NCBI GenBank assembly: GCA_050872805.1 | Contig: JBNMHN010000002.1 | Location: 1 to 51,551, forward strand | DNA length: 51,551 nt | Direction of reading: 5' to 3' | Source: Clostridia bacterium | Lineage (GTDB): Bacteria > Bacillota > Clostridia > Christensenellales > UBA1242 | Part shown: positions 19,488-26,209 of the stretch, piece by piece | Layout of the letters: each line of letters begins with the position of its first letter | How positions within the stretch are numbered: position 1 is the stretch's first letter | Program-made: the position numbers and the translations under genes | Notes under the pieces: model-generated | Told to the model about the DNA's origin: nothing | Database searches by the model: none | What the model saw: only the letters and a program-made list of their open reading frames with translations

Positions 19488-20087
19488 CTATTTTAGATTT
19501 TTTTGATAATCTGCCAAAATGTCTTCGAGTTTCATATCTGAACCAATTATGTTGATGTTTGTTTGGCTTCCGTCATCCTCTTTCATTCCGAGAACCGCTT
19601 TGCCTAAAAATGCGCCAGCACGAGAGTCGTATTCACCAGTCAACATACCTTGAACAAGTATAGATTTGAACCAATCTTGGATTTGCCTTGCGACTTCGCC
19701 TTTATCATTGTTTTCGTATGTCCAGTTGTTAAAAGTCTGGGTTGATACGCTTAACATCTTACACAGAGAATAGATTGTTGGTTGGAATCTTGTGCTTTCA
19801 CTCAACATCAATGTGATTTGGCGTAGCGTATCCATTGCTTCCATTAAATCTTCAGCACTAACAGATGTGCTGCCGCCCTTTCGCTCGACAAAATATTGCA
19901 TTGGCTTTATGATTTTCCCCTCAATGAAATTTGATTTGTTGCAACGCAAGTCATCAAAGTCTATTTCAGAGATTTCGCGCCTGATTTTGTCAAGATATTC
20001 TTTTTTACAGGTCTCTAAATCGTTATAGACCATTTCTCGGTTTTTTCTCGGCACTAATTGCGAGTCAAGTTTCGGTTTTCTTGCCAT
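19488..20087 (-). CDS. terminase small subunit-like protein (199 aa), located downstream of TerL
   Basis: PTIYSLCKMLSVSTQTFNNW (HTH-like) and AGAFLGKAVLGMKED resemble Terminase_2-type small subunits. Confidence 0.5.
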   Translation of the reverse strand: MARKPKLDSQLVPRKNREMVYNDLETCKKEYLDKIRREISEIDFDDLRCNKSNFIEGKIIKPMQYFVERKGGSTSVSAEDLMEAMDTLRQITLMLSESTRFQPTIYSLCKMLSVSTQTFNNWTYENNDKGEVARQIQDWFKSILVQGMLTGEYDSRAGAFLGKAVLGMKEDDGSQTNINIIGSDMKLEDILADYQKNLK

Positions 20088-20095
20088 TTTTCACC

Positions 20096-22030
20096 TCAAA
20101 AAGGAAGTTGTTTGTATGTCTTAAGTATATTTTTCGAGTTGACATTGAAAATGAAGTTCTCTGCCACACCACAAATTGAGTCGGGTGCGTCGTCGTGCGA
20201 ATTTTTAGACACGTCAGCGGAGTATTGCGTCATATTGTTCATAAAAACGCCCATTTGGGTTCTTCCAGCGAACCTGCGCTTTGACGGGAACACAATGTTT
20301 TCCTTAACTGTGCCAGCCATAAGCGCGATTCTTTGGGCTTTGTTGACAGTGTTATACTTTGTAACAACCTCACACCAACGGATGTCAAGTGCTTTGAGTT
20401 TCATTTTAATGACTTCTGCCAAGCTTCCATCTACGTTTTCTTCTATAATCAGTTTGACAATCTTGTTTTTGATAATCTTATTGATAATATCTCCATACAA
20501 GTCGATTGACGCTTTTTGCACAAAAATGCAGTCAGTAAGGTAGTAAAGCTCGTCTTTCTTGTTTTGGCGCAGTATTGGCATTGAGAAAAAGTCTTTTGCG
20601 CTTCGCCTTGTCGGGTCGATGTACGAAATAGACTGTTCGTTGAGGTCTTCGGTTGGCAATTCGTCGTATGTTTTCAAGAAGTCGTAGTCGAAAATGAGTC
20701 CCTCGGCTGGAATTGGCTTTTGCCTCCAAATACACGCATAACTGTACGGGTCGAGACCGTTTCGTTTTTGCACTAACGCTTCGGTACTAATAAACTCTGG
20801 GTATGCGCTTTCACCAAACTCGTTCTCGCAGTCGTTTATTATAACTATTGTTTTGTTGTCCGCACTAATATACGTATTCTTGAAGCGTGGGTCTGGGCGT
20901 GCGCCATTCATTGCCAGCCCGATTTCTTGGGCAAACACGTCGTTAGGGTTGAACATTGTGCCAGTAAGCAAAATGAGTTGGTCGTCTTGTTCTTCAAAAC
21001 GGTCTGAAAAGTCGCCCCTAAACAACTGAACAATGTCGTTATGCAGTTTAGAGTTCGTTGCTTCTTGTTGACCGCGAGATGGGTCGTCCATTGCCGCCAC
21101 GCAACAACGCACAGAGTTAATTGCAGAGTCTCTTGTCTTAAAAACAGTAGCCGTAGGCGTGTACTTGACACCATTTATAATCCATTCTTCATCTGATGAC
21201 TTGCTAAAAGGTCTATACATTCCTTTGATTATCAGTTGCCGATTCTCTGGATATATATCAATGATTCTCTTGTTCTCAATTAGGTTCTTCGTTTGCGCTG
21301 ATTGTGCAAAGATGTTGCCCTGTTCGTTGCCTACACGCAGGAATCCGCCTTTCTCATAGATAATCCACGCCAATTCAGAGTACATCTCGTTCATCGTGTT
21401 GACAAGATATGATTTTCCGCTCGATGGGAACGTGGAAAACACTATTTTTGAGGGCGTGAACTGGTAATTTTGGTCTGAAGTCGGCATTTTTAGCCCAAAA
21501 CGACCGAGTAAGCCTTGATTGAACCACCAAATTGCCGATTCGAGTATGCGTTTACGACTTGGGTATGCTTTTTTGGTCTTGTCGCGCTCCAAATATTGTA
21601 TGTTGTACTCAATAAAGTAGCGAGCCGCTATTGCCATTTGCTCCCAGCGCAGTACGTCGTATATATATGCCAAGTGGCTGTACCGTTTTATCGAACCGTC
21701 TTGTTGACGTTGTTCCGTGTTCTCGTCTTGCAAACCGCACCACTCTTTAACCCACGCAGAAGTCGCAAAATACTTGTAACAGTATTCGAGCATTTCCTCT
21801 ATTTTCCGCATTGTATGCGTGTAAGCATAGCAACTTGCCCGAAAATCGTTCAACTTGTACATTAAATTGACGAGCCTACACTCTGTCACCAAAGCATTAA
21901 ACTCGTCTTTTAGTGAATACTTCGCAAAGCTGTACGTCCGCAATGGGTTCTTCCCCGCAACCTTTTTGAAGTTATATTCTATTTCCTTGAGGTCGTCTCC
22001 CTCGTACTTGTGCTTGTCGTGCATATGCAA
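20096..22030 (-). CDS. terL: terminase large subunit (644 aa)
   Basis: Walker A-like FPSSGKS; Walker B-like VAAMDDPS; nuclease-type acidic motifs IDPTRRSAKD and NSHDDAPDSICG near the C-terminus. Confidence 0.85.
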   Translation of the reverse strand: MHMHDKHKYEGDDLKEIEYNFKKVAGKNPLRTYSFAKYSLKDEFNALVTECRLVNLMYKLNDFRASCYAYTHTMRKIEEMLEYCYKYFATSAWVKEWCGLQDENTEQRQQDGSIKRYSHLAYIYDVLRWEQMAIAARYFIEYNIQYLERDKTKKAYPSRKRILESAIWWFNQGLLGRFGLKMPTSDQNYQFTPSKIVFSTFPSSGKSYLVNTMNEMYSELAWIIYEKGGFLRVGNEQGNIFAQSAQTKNLIENKRIIDIYPENRQLIIKGMYRPFSKSSDEEWIINGVKYTPTATVFKTRDSAINSVRCCVAAMDDPSRGQQEATNSKLHNDIVQLFRGDFSDRFEEQDDQLILLTGTMFNPNDVFAQEIGLAMNGARPDPRFKNTYISADNKTIVIINDCENEFGESAYPEFISTEALVQKRNGLDPYSYACIWRQKPIPAEGLIFDYDFLKTYDELPTEDLNEQSISYIDPTRRSAKDFFSMPILRQNKKDELYYLTDCIFVQKASIDLYGDIINKIIKNKIVKLIIEENVDGSLAEVIKMKLKALDIRWCEVVTKYNTVNKAQRIALMAGTVKENIVFPSKRRFAGRTQMGVFMNNMTQYSADVSKNSHDDAPDSICGVAENFIFNVNSKNILKTYKQLPF

Positions 22031-22236
22031 TGTGTATCGTCATTTTCAAGAAAACTTAAATCTATGCCGTGGTAGTTGCTCATCGCCTTGACCATACTTG
22101 GCGACACTCGCCCATTTTCAAGCCGACACATAAAAGCGTGGTAGTTCGCCCCAATAAGCGCGCAATACTCTTTCCACGTCTTGCAACCCGCGGACTCCCG
22201 CAACTTGTCAACCCAATCTACTCTTTCTGTCGACAT
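21979..22236 (-). CDS. small HTH DNA-binding protein (85 aa)
   Basis: KTWKEYCALIGANYHAFMCRLENGRVS helix-turn-helix-like segment; paralogous in layout to 22208..22441. Confidence 0.5.
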   Translation of the reverse strand: MSTERVDWVDKLRESAGCKTWKEYCALIGANYHAFMCRLENGRVSPSMVKAMSNYHGIDLSFLENDDTHCICTTSTSTRETTSRK

Positions 22237-22441
22237 CTTGCAAAAACAGTATGTGGTTCACGCCCAACGCGCGGCAAAACCGCTTAACGTCATTATATGT
22301 CCACTCCGCGTCATCTTTGTGATTCAAGTAAAAGTTCATATTTTGTTTCGTAGACAAGCCGAGTTCGCGCGCCAAGCTCTCGTAGGTGTAGTGGCTTCTC
22401 TTGACTTCTTCTTTAAGCGCAGTCGAAATATACTTACTCAT
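22208..22441 (-). CDS. small HTH DNA-binding protein (77 aa)
   Basis: YTYESLARELGLSTKQNMNFYL helix-turn-helix-like segment. Confidence 0.55.
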   Translation of the reverse strand: MSKYISTALKEEVKRSHYTYESLARELGLSTKQNMNFYLNHKDDAEWTYNDVKRFCRALGVNHILFLQDVDRKSRLG

Positions 22442-22631
22442 CGTCGCCGCCCTCTCCGCAGTAGTTCATCACATAATACTTGCAAACGTCAGCGTGGGCG
22501 CATTCGACTTCATATACCAAGTTCGCCGCTTGCCCGTTGATTATGTCGCCGTACCTGTTGAGTTCAAGTTCCTTGTACGGGCACTGTTTGCAACGTTCGC
22601 TCATTTCAATCTTAAAATTTCCAGTTCTCAT
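22434..22631 (-). CDS. small Cys-rich hypothetical protein (65 aa)
   Basis: ORF track; first ORF downstream of tRNA-Trp on the late strand. Confidence 0.5.
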   Translation of the reverse strand: MRTGNFKIEMSERCKQCPYKELELNRYGDIINGQAANLVYEVECAHADVCKYYVMNYCGEGGDDE

Positions 22632-22661
22632 TGTCGCTTTCCTCCGACTTTATTTTTTTGT

Positions 22662-22735
22662 TGGCACGCAGGCAAGGACTCGAACCTCGACAAACGGTTT
22701 TGGAGACCGTCGTACTACCTTTATACTACCCACGC
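22662..22735 (-). tRNA. tRNA-Trp (anticodon CCA), 74 nt with encoded CCA
   Basis: Manual cloverleaf: D stem GTAT/GTAC; anticodon stem ACGGT/ACCGT; loop CTCCAAA; T arm CGAGG-TTCGAGT-CCTTG; discriminator G; acceptor stem has three G.U pairs. Confidence 0.8.
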
Positions 22736-22840
22736 ATAATAAGGAGGTGTGCCGCCGCCAGTGAGGTAGTCTGGCTTTTGTGTATTTGTTGGCTCGGCAG
22801 GGGAAAAATGTTAAAAACCCATAAGCCAAGCGGCACGTTT

Positions 22841-23125
22841 TTAGTTTTTGTCTTTGAAAACTCGTATAGAATAGTCGTCTTCCGTTATTTCTTTTCGCTT
22901 GTTTAGGCGGTTTATTGTTTCTATGTGCCCGCACTCGGGACACTCCACATACTCTATATTCGATTCGACAGTGCTCGGTATGAACAACGAAAACAAGTCG
23001 TCTCGCAAGTCATACTTTTGAACGTCGCGCTCGTCAAACTCGAACACGCACCTGCACTTCCCGCACGTCACCACTCTGTTGTCTTTGCCACTCGTTATTA
23101 CTTTCACAGCTTTCCGCCTCCTCAT
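22841..23125 (-). CDS. zinc-ribbon protein (94 aa)
   Basis: CGKC...CPEC pairs; track ORF trimmed to the only ATG (23125) because the annotated GTG/TTG lies inside a TTGACA promoter box. Confidence 0.55.
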   Translation of the reverse strand: MRRRKAVKVITSGKDNRVVTCGKCRCVFEFDERDVQKYDLRDDLFSLFIPSTVESNIEYVECPECGHIETINRLNKRKEITEDDYSIRVFKDKN

Positions 23126-23135
23126 TTTCGCTTCA

Positions 23136-23164
23136 AGTTTACCACTTGTTTTTTGTCTTGTCAA
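23136..23164 (-). promoter_or_regulatory. sigma-70/sigma-A type promoter TTGACA-17-TAAACT
   Basis: -35 at 23164-23159, -10 at 23141-23136, 17-nt spacer; predicted start only about 4 nt before ATG 23125. Confidence 0.5.
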
Positions 23165-23214
23165 CACCTTTTTTTACGCCAGAGGGCGACTTTCTTCGCC
23201 ACCACCAGTTTTGC

Positions 23215-23242
23215 TAATAAAAAAGTAGGTTGTTGCCCTACT
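23215..23242 (-). terminator. intrinsic terminator after zinc-ribbon gene 23276..23521
   Basis: Minus strand AGTAGG-GCAACAA-CCTACT followed by TTTTTATT. Confidence 0.6.
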
Positions 23243-23275
23243 CTCCGTCGTAATTACTTGCTTTTACGCTTACTC

Positions 23276-23521
23276 TTACTTTTGTGATTTTTTGCGCTTG
23301 GTGTTTAATATTTGCGCCTTTGTTTTCGCTGAAATCGCACAAAACGCTTCTTCGCGTTCTTTCGGGTTCAAAAACTTCACGTATTTCCCGCAATAACTGC
23401 AATATGCCCCAACATTGAAAGTGTGTTTGTATATGTCCAAGTCTCGACACCCACAATGCGGGCATTCTTTACCAACAAGCCTAATTTTTGCTCCAACCAA
23501 CGTCTTTTTATCTTCTTTCAT
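23276..23521 (-). CDS. zinc-ribbon protein (81 aa)
   Basis: CPHC...CSYC pairs; basic C-terminal tail. Confidence 0.6.
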   Translation of the reverse strand: MKEDKKTLVGAKIRLVGKECPHCGCRDLDIYKHTFNVGAYCSYCGKYVKFLNPKEREEAFCAISAKTKAQILNTKRKKSQK

Positions 23522-23595
23522 ACTTTTACATACTGCTGAACAAGTTATATACGCATACTCTCTATATCTTGTCCCTTTTTAAGAACACGCAACGG

Positions 23596-23627
23596 AAATA
23601 AGTAGAAATCCCCCTACGAGAGGGGGA
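23596..23627 (-). terminator. GC-rich hairpin plus U-rich tract (terminator of the non-coding unit)
   Basis: Minus strand TCCCCCT-CTCGT-AGGGGGA followed by TTTCTACTTATTT. Confidence 0.5.
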
Positions 23628-24085
23628 GAACCACTACTTCCTTGCGCAAAATTTTCAACTTCTTTCTTGCTTTCGCCTTGTCCCATTTTGAAGTTTCCGC
23701 TTTTCGCAAACCCACTGTGTAGCCCTGACATTTCAGCCAGTAAGTCCACTTGCCACTTCGTCCACAAGTATCGGACTCAATCCTCATTCCGAAGACCTAC
23801 AATTCCAACCCGCCGCATTTTTTATAGTGGTATATTAGCGTCTGTTCTCCACTTGACGTCAGCAGAACCAGTGGGTACTCTGCCAAACGGGCGTCATTCT
23901 CGCATTTCGGTTCGCCAAACCAACAGTTGTTAGGGAGTTGTATGCTTGCTCCCGCATATAAAGAAAGAGCATTGCTCCCCACCGAATACATAAGCAACGC
24001 TCTCAATATACATAGTATTTACAATACATAGTACCAGGTTTATGTTGACTCCGAGTTCGTGGGGCAGACTCTTTCGTCTTTTTCT
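23600..24085 (-). ncRNA. candidate ~485-nt non-coding transcript (large ncRNA or late-operon leader)
   Basis: Bounded by a near-consensus promoter (24092-24120) and a hairpin terminator; internal ORFs (62 and 69 aa) use TTG starts and lack an RBS. Confidence 0.4.
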
Positions 24086-24091
24086 ACACCA

Positions 24092-24120
24092 AGTATACAC
24101 CCAGTTTGACCCAATGTCAA
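24092..24120 (-). promoter_or_regulatory. near-consensus promoter TTGACA-17-TATACT with upstream A/T tract
   Basis: -35 at 24120-24115, -10 at 24097-24092, exact 17-nt spacer, A/T-rich 24121-24140. Confidence 0.65.
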
Positions 24121-24593
24121 GCGTTTTTTTCAAAATTTTTTAGGGGACTTTTTGCACCCTCCCAGCCGCCCCGCGCCCCCTAATTCCCGCTCTCCCAACT
24201 GGCAAACGTATAGTTTGGGTTTTACTATAGCTTTCTATTAGAATTGGACGTGGAGGTGACACCCCCCCCACCGAGGCACTTAAAATACCCTGTCCCCCCT
24301 CTCGTATGCGCATATATTGAATCGCGCGCGCGTACGTATACAACGGCGCAAACGGCAACGGCAACGGCGGACGGCGTTTTGACGCTCTACAAGGGGGCAA
24401 AAACGAGCGCAAGCCAACGAGCCGAGCGACAACTCAACCGCGAGCGCAAACGCCGCTTAAAACGCCGCTCACGGCGTCGGCGGTTCAGTTCACGCAAGCG
24501 ACAGCACCGACACACGAGAAAATATACACATTGTACAATAAGAAACACAAATAAGAAAATGTGTGTAAGTTGCAAAAAAGCACTCAAAAACGC

Positions 24594-24622
24594 TCGACAA
24601 CTCTAAAAAAAAGTAGTAGTAT
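24594..24622 (+). promoter_or_regulatory. possible early promoter TCGACA-17-TAGTAT
   Basis: 5/6 match at -35 and 4/6 at -10; 17-nt spacer; about 100 nt upstream of the first early gene. Confidence 0.3.
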
Positions 24623-24720
24623 GTCCACGACGGTTGAGAATAGCAACAACCGCCCCCGCTCAGAGCGAGCGGACGGACAAAAAAACGGACAAAAAAAACA
24701 CAAAAAGAGAGGACAAAAAA

Positions 24721-25383
24721 ATGTTGACATTCAGAAACAAAAACAACGGCAAAACAATAGCACTCGACACGGACAAAAAAGCGTTTTACTACGCGGACGG
24801 CTCGGACGTAAAAGCCGTAAACAAAAACGGTCAAATCAATCCCGTATTCAAAAACGGACTCAATGCGGACGGACAAACGGACAAAAACGCAATATACCGA
24901 GTTTATATTGATGTCGACGAAAACGGACAAAAAACCTCGTACGGACTCGAAAACCTCACCGCCGAAAACCTCGCAATATTGAGCGGTTTGTACCTCGACG
25001 GCGTACACCTCACGGTTGGCAAGCGCAACCCCGAGCAAAACGGCAACGGCAACGGCGACGGACGGACGAAAAAAGCAAAACTCGCAATATTCGAGTTGCC
25101 GAAAACGTACGTACAAAAACTATTTTTGACAGAGTACGCTCAGACAGTCGAAAAGTACGGACAGTATATCGACGTCGCGGACACTCTCAAACTATTCGGC
25201 GACTTGCAAGCGACAACGGCATTGTTTGAGCAAGCGGACAAGGACTATGCCGACACGCTCGCAAGCATTGAGCAAAAACGCAAGGACGAGAGAGCGAGCG
25301 AAAACTTGTTCAACAAATTTGTTGACTTGACGGACGAGCAAAAAGCCGCATTCCTTGCAATGCTCGGACAAAAAGCAAACTAA
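24721..25383 (+). CDS. first early protein, unknown function (220 aa)
   Basis: Track ORF 24634..25383 trimmed to ATG 24721 with an AGAGAGGA RBS; followed by a strong terminator. Confidence 0.65.
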   Translation: MLTFRNKNNGKTIALDTDKKAFYYADGSDVKAVNKNGQINPVFKNGLNADGQTDKNAIYRVYIDVDENGQKTSYGLENLTAENLAILSGLYLDGVHLTVGKRNPEQNGNGNGDGRTKKAKLAIFELPKTYVQKLFLTEYAQTVEKYGQYIDVADTLKLFGDLQATTALFEQADKDYADTLASIEQKRKDERASENLFNKFVDLTDEQKAAFLAMLGQKAN

Positions 25384-25405
25384 ACACGGACGGACTCAGA
25401 CGGAC

Positions 25406-25428
25406 ACGGCGGGCAAAACCGCCGTTTT
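25406..25428 (+). terminator. intrinsic terminator
   Basis: ACGGCGG-GCAAAA-CCGCCGT followed by a TTT...TTTTTTTT tract. Confidence 0.7.
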
Positions 25429-25532
25429 CGCCTTGTCTTTTTTTTCAGACAAAAAGCACGGACAAACGACGGACAAAAAGTGCACCGACGCCAACGGACA
25501 AAAATTATTATTTTGCGAGGTAAATTATTATT

Positions 25533-25733
25533 ATGAACAAAACAATCTCAGGCATCGCAAAGATGATTATTCTACGCCGAGATACGTCGGATGCGGGGGC
25601 AACGGTTCTCAAATCAGATTATCTCAAAGGGCGAGCAGCCGAGGGCGATTATATCTTGGAGCAACTCAGAATATTTTTCCCAGATGAAGTAGCCCAGGCA
25701 AAATCAGAAATTTATGGAGATTCAGACAAATGA
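25533..25733 (+). CDS. hypothetical protein (66 aa)
   Basis: ORF track; GAGGT RBS. Confidence 0.5.
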   Translation: MNKTISGIAKMIILRRDTSDAGATVLKSDYLKGRAAEGDYILEQLRIFFPDEVAQAKSEIYGDSDK

Positions 25734-25879
25734 CAACATCACAGTATTTTTATGTGCATTATTATGATTGCAACAACCACGCAAGATGTGAGGCGGTATT
25801 CGCTGATTCTTTCGAGTCGGCAATCCGCAAACTGTTCCTACGCCACATCGGCGAGGACATCGCGATTTGCGTGAACTGA
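25730..25879 (+). CDS. hypothetical small protein (49 aa, below track cut-off)
   Basis: ATGA start/stop overlap with the upstream ORF; manual translation MTTSQYFYVHYYDCNNHARCEAVFADSFESAIRKLFLRHIGEDIAICVN. Confidence 0.4.
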   Translation: MTTSQYFYVHYYDCNNHARCEAVFADSFESAIRKLFLRHIGEDIAICVN

Positions 25880-25946
25880 TAGCCCTCCACTTTTTGTGAC
25901 GATGTTTTGGGCGGCGTTCATCGTAAAATCAAACCTCCCACCATCT

Positions 25947-26020
25947 GGCGCACTGGTCAAGAAGTAAGACGGTTGATTCTCAGTCAGCAATCGGGAGTGC
26001 AAATCTCTCGTGCGTCACCA
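25947..26020 (+). tRNA. tRNA-like element (would be tRNA-Glu, anticodon CTC) with non-canonical D and T loops
   Basis: Acceptor GGCGCAC/GTGCGTC plus A-CCA; anticodon stem GTTGA/TCAGC; loop TTCTCAG; T stem GGGAG/CTCTC. The T loop reads TGCAAAT and the D loop lacks GG. Confidence 0.5.
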
Positions 26021-26029
26021 CAAACCAAA

Positions 26030-26197
26030 CCGAGTTTGACATCGCAGTAAATGAGTCCTCGTTGTAAGTCGCGATATGGCGCGCCGTAAAAAGTCGAGGT
26101 TGTAAGCCGAGTTTATCATCTCGGGGCGGGGGCTGATGTGTAAGCCACTATCCATCAGCTCGGCGTTCTCACGCTCTCGTCGGGCGCAAAAAGCGTG
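26030..26197 (+). other. cluster of four stem-loops carrying a repeated TGTAAGYC motif
   Basis: Hairpins CCTCG/CGAGG (26057/26095), CCGAG/CTCGG (26107/26120), GCTGATG/CATCAGC (26132/26153), CACGCT/AGCGTG (26170/26192); TGTAAGYC at 26063, 26101, 26139; CCGAGTTT at 26030 and 26107. Confidence 0.5.
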
Positions 26198-26209
26198 AAC
26201 ACCCCACTC

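Noticed and set aside
23579-24006. Minus-strand ORFs of 62 aa (23579..23767) and 69 aa (23797..24006) inside the non-coding unit
   Set aside because: Both begin with TTG, lack GGAGG-type ribosome-binding sites and have unremarkable composition. I treat the region as non-coding, but a small Cys-containing peptide (internal ATG, MYSVGSN...) cannot be formally excluded.
24490-25116. 208-aa minus-strand ORF overlapping the first early gene
   Set aside because: It is an artefact of the extreme T-depletion of the plus strand, which leaves almost no stop codons on the antisense strand. Its product is low-complexity (Val/Phe/Cys-rich), it has no RBS, and the sense ORF with its RBS and terminator explains the region better.
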